A stretch of 64,000 nt of DNA from the NCBI GenBank assembly GCA_013288705.1, contig JABDBI010000002.1:880-64879 (forward strand). The letters are read 5' to 3'. Shown here piece by piece: positions 45,755 to 55,238 of this stretch. The notes below the pieces were generated by a model, which did no database searches, was not told the DNA's origin, and saw only the letters and a program-made list of their open reading frames with translations. How positions within the stretch are numbered: the first letter of the stretch is position 1; each line of letters opens with the position of its first letter. Source of the DNA: Methanobacteriota archaeon. GTDB lineage: Bacteria; Myxococcota; UBA727; JABDBI01. Position numbers and translations under genes: made by a program.

Positions 45755-47076
45755 GGTCGAACCTCCTTGGAGCTAATCGCTGCACCAAGTGCACTTAAAA
45801 CTCTGACAAAACTTGGAAAGCTATCTTTCACAACTTCGCTGTGCGTCACAGTCGTATTGCCTTGCGCATGGAGTCCAGCGATGGCCATCGCCATGGCCAG
45901 GCGATGGTCTCCATGACTATCCACGGTACCGCCGTGAAGTTTGCCTGGACCATCTACCACGAATCCATCGTCTGTTGCCGAAATTGTCGCCCCCATCTTG
46001 CGCAGTTCTCGCACTGTTGTGTCGATTCGATTCGTTTCTTTCACTTTGAGCTCACCGGCATTTCGAATGGTCGTCAGGCCCTTAGCATGTGAGGCGGCAA
46101 CGGCTAGCACGGGCAGCTCATCGATCATGCGTACAACAACATCACCGGCAAATGTAGCGCCGTGAAGTTCACTTCCGAGAACATGAATATCTGCGACGGG
46201 TTCACCGCCTATCTCATGCAAATTTGTCACCCGAATATGAGCGCCCATGGCGCGGAGTGCATCGATGATTCCGGTGCGCGTTGGGTTTACTCCGACGTGC
46301 CGAATCATCACATCACTTCCTGGTACAATTGCAGCGGCGACGAGCAAGAATGCTGCAGAGGAAATGTCACCGGGAACAGTGATTTCGAGAGGCTTTAGCG
46401 AAGATGTGAGCGGAGAGACGCAGATAGTTTGGCCTCGAGTGACAATTCTTGCACCCATTGCGTTGAGCATGCGCTCCGTGTGATCGCGCGCAGGCCCCGG
46501 CTCGGAGATCGTCGTATCACCATCGGCAAACAATCCAGCCAACAGCAAGCAGCTTTTCACTTGCGCGCTGGCCACGTCCATTTGGTAAGAGATGCCGTGA
46601 AGTTTGGGATTGGGTCCAATTTGCAGCGGCGCCAAGTTATTTCCCTGATGCGCCGAAATCACCGCTCCCATTTGTCGCAACGGCTGAATCACACGACCCA
46701 TGGGGCGACGTCTGATTTGGTCAGTCCCCGTGAGAATGCTGGTGAATGATTGACCTGCAAGAATACCCGCCATAAGGCGAATGGTGGTGCCGGAGTTGTC
46801 ACAGTCAAGCACTTCCGTGGGCGCGTGCAATCCATGCGCTCCGACGCCATGCACAACTAACTCATTTTCGTATGGCCAGTCGATTTTGACGCCGAGTTTT
46901 TGCATCACATGGGTGGTAGCGACGCAATCTGTGCCGCGCAAAAACCCCTTGATATGCGATGCTCCGGATGCCAGCGACGCAAACATAACAGCACGGTGGC
47001 TAATGGATTTGTCACCATCGACGAGAACATCTCCAACAAGTTTTTGTGCTGGTTGCACATGCAGTTCTTGGGCCAT
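45751..47076 (-). CDS. aroA: 3-phosphoshikimate 1-carboxyvinyltransferase (EPSP synthase)
   Basis: DKSISHRAVMFASLA, CDNSGTTIRLMAGILAG, DHRLAMAMAIAGL. Confidence 0.95.
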   Translation of the reverse strand: MAQELHVQPAQKLVGDVLVDGDKSISHRAVMFASLASGASHIKGFLRGTDCVATTHVMQKLGVKIDWPYENELVVHGVGAHGLHAPTEVLDCDNSGTTIRLMAGILAGQSFTSILTGTDQIRRRPMGRVIQPLRQMGAVISAHQGNNLAPLQIGPNPKLHGISYQMDVASAQVKSCLLLAGLFADGDTTISEPGPARDHTERMLNAMGARIVTRGQTICVSPLTSSLKPLEITVPGDISSAAFLLVAAAIVPGSDVMIRHVGVNPTRTGIIDALRAMGAHIRVTNLHEIGGEPVADIHVLGSELHGATFAGDVVVRMIDELPVLAVAASHAKGLTTIRNAGELKVKETNRIDTTVRELRKMGATISATDDGFVVDGPGKLHGGTVDSHGDHRLAMAMAIAGLHAQGNTTVTHSEVVKDSFPSFVRVLSALGAAISSKEVRP

Positions 47077-47084
47077 GCACTATC

Positions 47085-47531
47085 CTAATCGAGCAATCGA
47101 TGTTTGTCTTCTGGGGTTGGAAGTCTGCAAGCATCGCGTTTGCCAAACCAATTGTACCGATGATGGGCGATCCAGTTATAGACTCCATCCCGAATGATTC
47201 GGGGAACCACTCGCCCAAGATACCCAAACCAGCGATAAGGCCCGCCCATGTGCACGAGCACACTCAGCACCGCGTCAGACCGAATATGCTGCCCATGCTC
47301 ATCGAGATAAACCAGCGTCTCTAGGTTCTCCCTCTCCCGCTGGTCGGGAGAGGGACCAAGGGTGAGGGTGGTTGTATCTGCAAGCCACATCTTTGCATTC
47401 TTCCCCTGCAGCGGCGCAAAATAGAAGCTATTGCTGTGATCCCGCGTAAACACAAAGTCGATAAACGTGTTGCATAAAATGCAAACACCATCAAAAAAGA
47501 TAATTGGACGCTCAAGTTTCATATCCGCCAT
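47085..47531 (-). CDS. thiol-disulfide oxidoreductase DCC family (DUF393) protein
   Basis: FFDGVCILCN...YNWIAHHRYNWFGKRDACRLP. Confidence 0.8.
   Translation of the reverse strand: MADMKLERPIIFFDGVCILCNTFIDFVFTRDHSNSFYFAPLQGKNAKMWLADTTTLTLGPSPDQRERENLETLVYLDEHGQHIRSDAVLSVLVHMGGPYRWFGYLGRVVPRIIRDGVYNWIAHHRYNWFGKRDACRLPTPEDKHRLLD
47329..47370. repeat. half copy (42 bp) of the mutL palindromic element, in frame inside the DCC-family gene
   Basis: tccctctcccg-ctggt-cgggagaggga followed by aagggtgagggtg. It encodes TTLTLGPSPDQRER on the minus strand. Confidence 0.8.
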
Positions 47532-47546
47532 GATCTCATCTTTGCG

Positions 47547-48887
47547 TCATTTTATCCACACCGTCTTGATATTCACAAACTCCCGCATCCCCAGAACTCC
47601 CAATTCCCGTCCATGCCCGGAGCCTTTCACTCCGCCAAACGGCAGCCGCGGATCCGAGCGCACGTAATCATTCACAAACACACTCCCCGCTTCTAACTCC
47701 CTCGTTAGCATTTCAATGCGTTTCGCATTCTTGGTCCATAGATTTGCCCCAAGTCCAAATTGCGATCCATTCGCAAGAGTCACCACTTCTTCATCGGTAA
47801 AAAATTGATGCACCACTGCCACCGGCCCAAATAATTCCTCATGAAACGCCCGCATGTCTGGTGTCACATTGATGAGAATGGAAGGCGGATAGAAACATCC
47901 TTCACCATTTGGCATTTCACCGCCACACAAAACTGTCGCCCCCTTTCTTTTGGCATCCTCAACCTGGTCGGAGAGCAATTGCTGCTGCTTTTTTGTAGCG
48001 AGCGGGCCGGTGTCTTGCGCGCGCATGCGGGGCACAAATCCAGCCATGAAAGTCTTTGCGACACCTGCTTGCACAAAGAAGCGCTTCGCTGCAATGCAAC
48101 TTTGCCCATTGTTTAAACACCGTGATGTCACGCCAGCCTCAACCGCTGCTTCCACATCACAATCATCAAAAACAATAAACGCATCGCTCCCCCCAAGCTC
48201 CATCACAGTTTTCTTCAGATGCTGTCCAGCGATCGTGCCTACCTGCGCCCCTGCACGGCTGCTCCCCGTGAGCGTGACACCACGTATACGCGGGTCAGCA
48301 ATAATAGTCGCCACCTGCTCATGTGTCGCAAAAAGCGATTGAAACGCACCTTTCAAAAGTCCCGCCTCCGCAAAAATTGCCTCGATTGCAAGTGCACATT
48401 GCGGAACATTCTCCGCATGCTTGAGCAAGATCACATTGCCCGCCATGAGATTTGGTGCGGCGACACGAAAAACCTGCCAAAATGGAAAATTCCACGGCAT
48501 GATTGCCAAAATCGGTCCCAGCGGTTCAAATCGCACCAAACTTTTGTTCGAATCGGTTTGGCGATTTTCCGGCGTCAAAAATTTCTCGGCATGATCTGCA
48601 TAAAAACGGCATGTTAATGCGCACTTTTTGCTTTCCGCGACACCTTGCGCAGCAGGTTTACCCATCTCGAGCTCCATGAGCGCGCCATAGTTTTCTGCAT
48701 TGTGCTCCAGAATATCTGCTGCTTTACGCAGGACTTCGCTTTTGTGATTGAGCTCTTCGTTCCTCCACCCCCGAAAGGCCAAACTTGCTTGGTCGATATG
48801 CATATCAACCGCGTGGTCCGAAAGATGGGCAAATGTTTGTAGAAGTTGACCGCTTGCTGGGTTTATGGTTTGGTATGTGGGACGCAT
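47547..48887 (-). CDS. NAD(P)-dependent aldehyde dehydrogenase (succinate-semialdehyde dehydrogenase-like)
   Basis: VMELGGSDAF, NNGQSCIAAKRF (catalytic Cys), EELFGPV. The track start at 48935 would overlap divergent apaH. Confidence 0.85.
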   Translation of the reverse strand: MRPTYQTINPASGQLLQTFAHLSDHAVDMHIDQASLAFRGWRNEELNHKSEVLRKAADILEHNAENYGALMELEMGKPAAQGVAESKKCALTCRFYADHAEKFLTPENRQTDSNKSLVRFEPLGPILAIMPWNFPFWQVFRVAAPNLMAGNVILLKHAENVPQCALAIEAIFAEAGLLKGAFQSLFATHEQVATIIADPRIRGVTLTGSSRAGAQVGTIAGQHLKKTVMELGGSDAFIVFDDCDVEAAVEAGVTSRCLNNGQSCIAAKRFFVQAGVAKTFMAGFVPRMRAQDTGPLATKKQQQLLSDQVEDAKRKGATVLCGGEMPNGEGCFYPPSILINVTPDMRAFHEELFGPVAVVHQFFTDEEVVTLANGSQFGLGANLWTKNAKRIEMLTRELEAGSVFVNDYVRSDPRLPFGGVKGSGHGRELGVLGMREFVNIKTVWIK

Positions 48888-48909
48888 CGCAAATTCCTTT
48901 GGTGTTGGC

Positions 48910-49716
48910 ATGGCAACGTACGCGATAGGAGACATTCAGGGTTGTTACAAGACCCTCAGGCGCCTGCTTGACCGGATTTCGTTTCATCGAAAATCCGATC
49001 GCATCTTTTTGGTCGGCGATCTTGTGAATCGTGGGCCAGATTCGTTAGATGTCTTACGCTGGGCGGTGGAGCTTGGTGATCGCGTGATTTCGGTGCTCGG
49101 TAATCACGATTTGCATTTGCTAGCCATTGCTGCTGGTGTTTCGGTAGGTCGTCGGCAAAAGACGCTCGATAAAGTGCTGCGCGCAAAAGACTGCGATGTT
49201 CTGCTTGAGTGGCTGAGGAATCGGCCGTTGTTATACCGCGAAGGGCGTCTCGCCGTGGTGCATGCGGGGATTTTGCCGGCGTGGTCGGTCGATGTTGCGG
49301 CCAAGCACGCGCGTAAGGTGGAAAAGATCATTCGGGGAAAGAAATTCGCGGATTTGATGCGCTATTGCTACAAAGAGCCCGCATTTGTGTGGAACGACGG
49401 GTTGGAGGGGCTAGAGCGCCACGCAGTGGTTCTGAACGCGTTTACGCGCATGCGGCTTTGTCGTTCGTTATATGAAATGGATTTGAATTTTGCGGGGACA
49501 CCAGAGGAAGGTCCGCGCGGTGAGAAGCCGTGGTTTCAGGTTGGGGGGCGTAAGGCAGAAGATCACACGATCATTTTTGGGCATTGGGCATCTATGGGGT
49601 TGCATGTGACGCAGAATGTGATTGCGCTGGACTCTGGGTGTGTTTGGGGCGGATCGCTGACGGCGATGCGGCTTGAGGACGGGGGGATTTTTTCGGAGCC
49701 TTCCGTGGAGAAGTAG
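48910..49716 (+). CDS. apaH: bis(5'-nucleosyl)-tetraphosphatase, symmetrical
   Basis: MATYAIGDIQGCY, GDLVNRGPDS, GNHDLHLL, FGHWA. Confidence 0.9.
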   Translation: MATYAIGDIQGCYKTLRRLLDRISFHRKSDRIFLVGDLVNRGPDSLDVLRWAVELGDRVISVLGNHDLHLLAIAAGVSVGRRQKTLDKVLRAKDCDVLLEWLRNRPLLYREGRLAVVHAGILPAWSVDVAAKHARKVEKIIRGKKFADLMRYCYKEPAFVWNDGLEGLERHAVVLNAFTRMRLCRSLYEMDLNFAGTPEEGPRGEKPWFQVGGRKAEDHTIIFGHWASMGLHVTQNVIALDSGCVWGGSLTAMRLEDGGIFSEPSVEK

Positions 49717-49808
49717 ACGCGAAGTTTAATGCACAGTGAAGCGTTGTGCTTTGCAGCAATATTATAATATGATTTGCTTATCGCCATTTTTGTTTTTCTG
49801 GGGGGGAT

Positions 49809-52800
49809 ATGGCAAAGAGAGTTGGGCCGCCGCATGAGTTGAGAGCTCCGCATGAAGTGCCGAAACAGCCAATGGCAGAGAAGCATGAACCAGCGCCCCT
49901 CACGCGATCTGTGTCGGCACCCAGGCGTGAGGAAGCAACTGGCGTCGCTCAGCGGCAAGCAGATGTACATCAGCGTCTGGCTGCTACGGCAGCACCAAGA
50001 GTAGCGGAGCCGGAAGTTCCTCTTCCAGGCAAACATGCACCCGAGCCAACGGCAGTTGCACCAAAAACAGCGGATCAAATTCGCAACGAGCATCGACAGC
50101 AACTCGACCAACTGATCAAAGCAACGCAGGCAGTGAGCCACGATCCCCCCTTTGGGCCGACTCACATGGAGGCTGCCGTGCCGAAATCAGCGGAACTTGG
50201 ATGGGGTGGCGCACTTCTCAAATGGGTTGGTGACGCCGCAGGTGCTGTCCGAGAGCATGGACCAGTGGGTGCGCTCGTCGGGGAGGCGCCAAAAGACGCA
50301 AAGAAACGAGAAGCACTACAGCAGGCTCAGCAGCGAGAGAGTTTAAGAGAGGATCTCGTTCGCCTGAACGCATCTGCAATGCGGCTTCGAGAAGAACCCC
50401 TGACCTTCCCCCCTGAGGATTTTAGTAGATCACTAGATTTGGCTCGCGCGGAATTCGTGAAAGTGAGAGGGAAAAGAGCTCATATTGAGAGCGATATTAG
50501 AGATTTGCCTCGTCAGGAAATCTTGGGTGTGAAAGGGCGAAGAATTCGTATTGCCCGCTATATTGAGGAATTGGCAGCCGCAAGGAATAGATTGGTTAGA
50601 GAAATAACCGCTATCGATAACGAAAAGAAGGCCTTTCTCCTGAAACGCATCGATGATGAAATGCAGCGTGCCACGAAGGAGATGGAAGCGCTAAATCGCT
50701 ACATCAAGTACTTTGAAAGCACCTTCATGCCTCCAGAAAAAGTTGCGGCTCCTGCGCATGTTTCTGCAGTGGTAGCAGCTGCCACTCCGCCGGCGAAGAA
50801 AGCTGAGCCGATGCTCAGGCCTTGGGTCATAGGTGTTAGAGATCAAATTGCTAAAGAGACTGACATCGGAAAACGGGCGACGAGCGCAGCGACTATTCTG
50901 CTGGAACAGGTTCAGCGACGTTCAATGATACGAGGACAAGAGGCCGCTCTTGTGGCAGATGTATTGACAGCTGTGGAGCATGCAAGCCCAGTCGACACGT
51001 CGGATGCGGCTCGCGACAAGATTCGTGGTACCGATCCACTGGAACAGGTCGCAAATTCAACCAACCAAATTGCGCAAGCGGCAGCAAAGAGAGTTCTCAA
51101 AGAAAGTGCGGCAATTAGAGAGGGCTTGGTACAAGCAGAACAAGAGTTTGAAAGGCAAACCACCCGACTGAAAGCCATAGAAGTGCAACAGGAGGTTGTA
51201 AAAAAGCGAATCAAAGAGTTGAGTGCAGCGCTCAAGAACGAAGCTGTTCTAAAAGCTGTTGAGCAGCGACAACATGATGTCAATGCGCTGAGCCAGTTTT
51301 ATCGGAATGGCAACATCGGTGAAAAACTCAGGTCAGCTTTGCAAGAAATCCAAAGAAAGGAAGCAGAGCTCCAACAATTGTCAAGAGAACGACAGCGTCT
51401 GGCGCTTGTGACAAATCGCAATGGGGAAGAAGAAGCAAGATTTAAGGAGCTCGGAAATCAGGAACTTTTGATAGCGAAGTCGCTTGATGAATATCGCAAA
51501 TATCGACAAGCACTGCTTCAGTCCGGCCCATTTCCCATGCGGGACATGGACGTCTCTAATGCTTTAAGAAAAACTGTTGATTTGGCTGAGACAGCACAAA
51601 AAAGTCTTCAAGAGCAACCAGGGCAACTCTTTCATCAAGCCGCGATGGATCCGGGCGCATTTGCAAAAGATCTTCAAGGACGACTCGCGTATCAGGTTGG
51701 ACGTACGCCCGAAAGCGAACAATTGATTAAGGAACTTGGCACACGGGAGCGCGGCCTTCGAGAGTATTTTGCAAAGCTAGGCGCAGTGAAGGCTCAACTA
51801 GGCGCAGAATTAAAGGAAAAACAGGATAAGGTTGCAGCTGCAGGTGGGGTGGCATCGAAAGAGCTTGCAGCGGATATTGCAAAACTCACTGCTTTTGTGG
51901 CTTCCGTTGATCGTGAGATGGAGGCTCGCCAAAGCGAAGCAGATCTTATCGCTAGCGTCGTTCAACGCCATTCAGACGTGGGGACCGCCTTGGATTCCGC
52001 GCAGGTTGTGAACGCCGCCGGAGAGAAGGTGGCGGCGGAAGCTGCTCGAGAAGAACTTGGCATGCTTATCGCTGTCAGTGGCCATCTTTCCGCCCAACAA
52101 GCCAATGCCGTCGCGCAAAGAGAAAGCTCTGAGCGAGCGGCTAATTTTGCGCGATACCAGAGCCTTGGCAAAGGCGTCAGCGTGCTCAACAATGAAACCA
52201 GACAATTAGTTCAGCGCCAACGAACAATCAATCGGGAGATGCAGGCACGCTTTTTATTTGAAATGCGGAATGAGGCGGCGGCGACAGAAAAGAAAGGAAG
52301 AGAAGCGGAAGCTATTTTGCGAAAGCGCGTGGAAGACAGGCAGGCTGACTTTTCAGCGGTAGCTAAAAAATGTCGAGCTGAGCTTGTCGATGCGGCAGTC
52401 AAGGCCGCAGAGTCTCGACGGAAGGATTTAGACAGGCGGCTTGTGGACATTGCCAAAAGAGAAGCAGCTGCGCAGGTGAGTGCTGCAGCGCTTGGAGCTG
52501 GAGAGAAAGAGAAAGCCGCGGTTCGAGACATACAAAAGGAGAGAGAAGATCTCCAACGAGACATTCGGCAAAACGCGGTGCTAGAGGTTAGCGTCAGACT
52601 GAAGCCGGTTGAAGCCGAAATCCAAAAACTTAGAACTCAAATTGCCGGGGGAGGATTGGATGAAAAGCAACTGCAGGTGTTGCAAACACAACTGGATCGT
52701 AGAGAAATTGAGCGGCAAACAGCCATATCGCTGATGACGGAACTTGGCAGTTCCACAGCGGATGCGGTGCAGAAGCAAAGTGGTTCATGGGTACCTACCT

Positions 52801-55208
52801 TCGCGGCAACGGAAGCTCAGCGCCCATTCCAAAAAGAACTGGATGCCATCGCCAAGGAAAGAAAAGAGGCAACAGCCGCGTCAATCGCGGAATCTCAAAA
52901 GATGGCAGACGAAAATAACGCGCTGATAAAAAAACTGAGTAAAGATATCGAGGCCATTGGTGAATCCACCGATCCAAAGCAACAAGCACTGAAGCGTAAA
53001 CACGAGGCTGCAAGGCAGAGACTACGGGCGGTAACGCAAAATCTTGAAATTGCGATTGGCTGGGCACGAGAGGGACGAGAGGTAGAGGGCATTGAATGGC
53101 TTCCTGAAGAAGCAGCCTTTCGGCAAAAGACAGCAACTGCTGAACGTAACAAACTTGAGAGCGAAATCAAGGAGCTTAATAGGCTGCGGCAAGCTGGATA
53201 TGAGAAAAGAGTCGCATTGTTGCAGCAACAAAAAGATGCCGTGCAAGCTGAATTGGACAAACTCGAGAAAGCAAGATCAGCACCGTTGGGATTAACAAGA
53301 AGTGAACTTGCCATGGAAGATCCTGCTAATCGGAAGAAGCGCTTAGCAAACTTAGCGGTCGAGCTCGGCACCTGCCTTGCTCAGCAAAGCGACAACGATG
53401 CCGCCTTTCACTACATGATTAAGATCCTCCAGCGATTTGATGGGCATACCCGTGAGGCATGGAGAGACGCCGGACGCGGCGATAATCCATATCCCAATAG
53501 TTGGGCGAGCATTTTTAGCCAACAGGTGGGCAATTTTGCATCTGCATTGCAAGGCGAAAACTATCAACGGTCGACGTCGCAATATGTGATGGAAAGACAT
53601 CTTGCTAGACATGGTCTCGAGCCTGGCATCCTAGGTTTTGTGGAAGCGTATAAGAGACTTGCCGCGACTATGACTGGACGCGGTTTAGCTCTGCCAGAGC
53701 GCAGTCGACGGGATTTTAATGGATTTGTAGAGGGTCTAAGGGGCAGTTTTTCTGCAATTATGGATCACCCTGAAGAAGCACAAATGCTTGCCGCCGATCT
53801 CGGGCATGCGTATGCAATTTTACAAAATGGCGCTCTTTACTTAACCGACGCGGTACCAAAAATGTTGCAAGGCGCTCTGGCGAGAAGAACCGCGCAGGAC
53901 ATTGCAAAAGACATTTTAGAGGGGCGCCGTCGTCATATAGCGGGAGGTGAAACGCCGGAGCCGACTATTTCAGTTGAAATGTTAGCGTTGTTGCATTTAG
54001 GCAGCTTAATGCCTTACGTCGCTGGCGCGTATCGAGGTGCCACCGGGCAGGATGTTGTGGGTCGTTTGCTCGGATACTTTGCTCCCGAGGGCGTTTTGAG
54101 AAATATGGTTGGGGCGATTGGTGGTACGGTGCAAACCCATGCGGAGGTTGCCGGAGCCAATTTGATGAGTCGCGACACTGAAGTTCTCGTCAACTCCATG
54201 GTAAGAGCGTATTCGGTGGGCATCGCCAATGGAGAAGGCCCGATCGCTGGCATTAAGGCGGGTGCCAAATATGCGCTTGCGCGACAGGCTTTGCAGGACG
54301 CAGGCACCCATCTGCATGACGTCTATCGCGGGACTGGTATAAAACGTATTTTCCAGGAACTTGCGTCGTGGTGGAAGGCTGTTTCATTTAGGGAGGCAAT
54401 CAGCCGCGTTCTGACTACCTTAGCCCCGGTCGGTGCCGCTATTGGCGCGATTTTTGTCGTTGGTTTGAGCTTGACCGGTATCGGCGCTGTTGTGATAGCA
54501 GCCATCGCGGCTGCCTATGCCATCCATAAATACTGGGGCTACATTTCTCGGCGTACACGGGAGAGAGCAGATCGTATCTTCGAAAAGGTCAGGATGCAAG
54601 AAGCGCTCGATGCGCTGCCGGGTCGACTGCATGATACAGCTGGAACAAATGCCGGTATCTTGTCAGACAACATCGCCTATTTTATGGAACGGCATGCTGA
54701 CGAGATTGCAGCTGGGGCAGGTATTTCAGCGGGCAGCCTTGAGAAACAACTTAGGGCGGGTCTAAAGATAAAAATTAAGGAGAAAGTAGAACTCTTGAAG
54801 GCAAGAATGAATGACACAAGCGAGGAAGGAAAACAGTTGCGAAACCAACTGGAGACACACAGGGATCCTGAAGATAGGTTGAGAATTTTGCAAAGTGAAT
54901 TGATGAGGCTGTTGGAGGGCGATTTACGTGAGCATTTGCGCGCCGTTGCTGATGCTGCAGTGAAAGCCGGATCCGGTCGCGATCAGACAGGGCGATTGGG
55001 CCCGAGAGAAGGCCTGGAGGATGAGGTTGGCCAGGTTGAAAGGCAGATGTTCGCCCTGGATGATTCCAGCGTTAACTATGGCGACAGGCCCGAGGCTGGG
55101 GCGCGATTTAGGCGTTGGCGAGAGCGGCAGAAAAGCGAAGGCCAGCTATCAGGTCTTCCACGTGACGAAACGCCCGCTCCACCCCCCAGTCCAGCTGCCA
55201 CGGATTGA
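49809..55208 (+). CDS. giant orphan protein (1799 aa): disordered Pro/Ala N-terminus, ~1100-aa coiled-coil, globular region, bilobed hydrophobic hairpin, acidic/Pro-rich tail
   Basis: Uninterrupted 5.4-kb ORF with a G-rich RBS. E/K/R/A/Q heptad-like composition over aa ~170-1240. Hydrophobic stretch LAPVGAAIGAIFVVGLSLTGIGAVVIAAIAAAYAI (nt 54396-54536). No recognisable catalytic motif. Confidence 0.8.
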   Translation: MAKRVGPPHELRAPHEVPKQPMAEKHEPAPLTRSVSAPRREEATGVAQRQADVHQRLAATAAPRVAEPEVPLPGKHAPEPTAVAPKTADQIRNEHRQQLDQLIKATQAVSHDPPFGPTHMEAAVPKSAELGWGGALLKWVGDAAGAVREHGPVGALVGEAPKDAKKREALQQAQQRESLREDLVRLNASAMRLREEPLTFPPEDFSRSLDLARAEFVKVRGKRAHIESDIRDLPRQEILGVKGRRIRIARYIEELAAARNRLVREITAIDNEKKAFLLKRIDDEMQRATKEMEALNRYIKYFESTFMPPEKVAAPAHVSAVVAAATPPAKKAEPMLRPWVIGVRDQIAKETDIGKRATSAATILLEQVQRRSMIRGQEAALVADVLTAVEHASPVDTSDAARDKIRGTDPLEQVANSTNQIAQAAAKRVLKESAAIREGLVQAEQEFERQTTRLKAIEVQQEVVKKRIKELSAALKNEAVLKAVEQRQHDVNALSQFYRNGNIGEKLRSALQEIQRKEAELQQLSRERQRLALVTNRNGEEEARFKELGNQELLIAKSLDEYRKYRQALLQSGPFPMRDMDVSNALRKTVDLAETAQKSLQEQPGQLFHQAAMDPGAFAKDLQGRLAYQVGRTPESEQLIKELGTRERGLREYFAKLGAVKAQLGAELKEKQDKVAAAGGVASKELAADIAKLTAFVASVDREMEARQSEADLIASVVQRHSDVGTALDSAQVVNAAGEKVAAEAAREELGMLIAVSGHLSAQQANAVAQRESSERAANFARYQSLGKGVSVLNNETRQLVQRQRTINREMQARFLFEMRNEAAATEKKGREAEAILRKRVEDRQADFSAVAKKCRAELVDAAVKAAESRRKDLDRRLVDIAKREAAAQVSAAALGAGEKEKAAVRDIQKEREDLQRDIRQNAVLEVSVRLKPVEAEIQKLRTQIAGGGLDEKQLQVLQTQLDRREIERQTAISLMTELGSSTADAVQKQSGSWVPTFAATEAQRPFQKELDAIAKERKEATAASIAESQKMADENNALIKKLSKDIEAIGESTDPKQQALKRKHEAARQRLRAVTQNLEIAIGWAREGREVEGIEWLPEEAAFRQKTATAERNKLESEIKELNRLRQAGYEKRVALLQQQKDAVQAELDKLEKARSAPLGLTRSELAMEDPANRKKRLANLAVELGTCLAQQSDNDAAFHYMIKILQRFDGHTREAWRDAGRGDNPYPNSWASIFSQQVGNFASALQGENYQRSTSQYVMERHLARHGLEPGILGFVEAYKRLAATMTGRGLALPERSRRDFNGFVEGLRGSFSAIMDHPEEAQMLAADLGHAYAILQNGALYLTDAVPKMLQGALARRTAQDIAKDILEGRRRHIAGGETPEPTISVEMLALLHLGSLMPYVAGAYRGATGQDVVGRLLGYFAPEGVLRNMVGAIGGTVQTHAEVAGANLMSRDTEVLVNSMVRAYSVGIANGEGPIAGIKAGAKYALARQALQDAGTHLHDVYRGTGIKRIFQELASWWKAVSFREAISRVLTTLAPVGAAIGAIFVVGLSLTGIGAVVIAAIAAAYAIHKYWGYISRRTRERADRIFEKVRMQEALDALPGRLHDTAGTNAGILSDNIAYFMERHADEIAAGAGISAGSLEKQLRAGLKIKIKEKVELLKARMNDTSEEGKQLRNQLETHRDPEDRLRILQSELMRLLEGDLREHLRAVADAAVKAGSGRDQTGRLGPREGLEDEVGQVERQMFALDDSSVNYGDRPEAGARFRRWRERQKSEGQLSGLPRDETPAPPPSPAATD

Positions 55209-55238
55209 TTCTTCTTTCACACGTGTCAAGATGGACTC

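Noticed and set aside
49563-50165. 200-aa minus-strand ORF spanning the apaH 3' end, the intergenic region and the start of the giant gene.
   Set aside because: It overlaps two well-supported plus-strand genes, has Cys/Arg/Trp-rich composition, and shows no motif. It is a shadow ORF.
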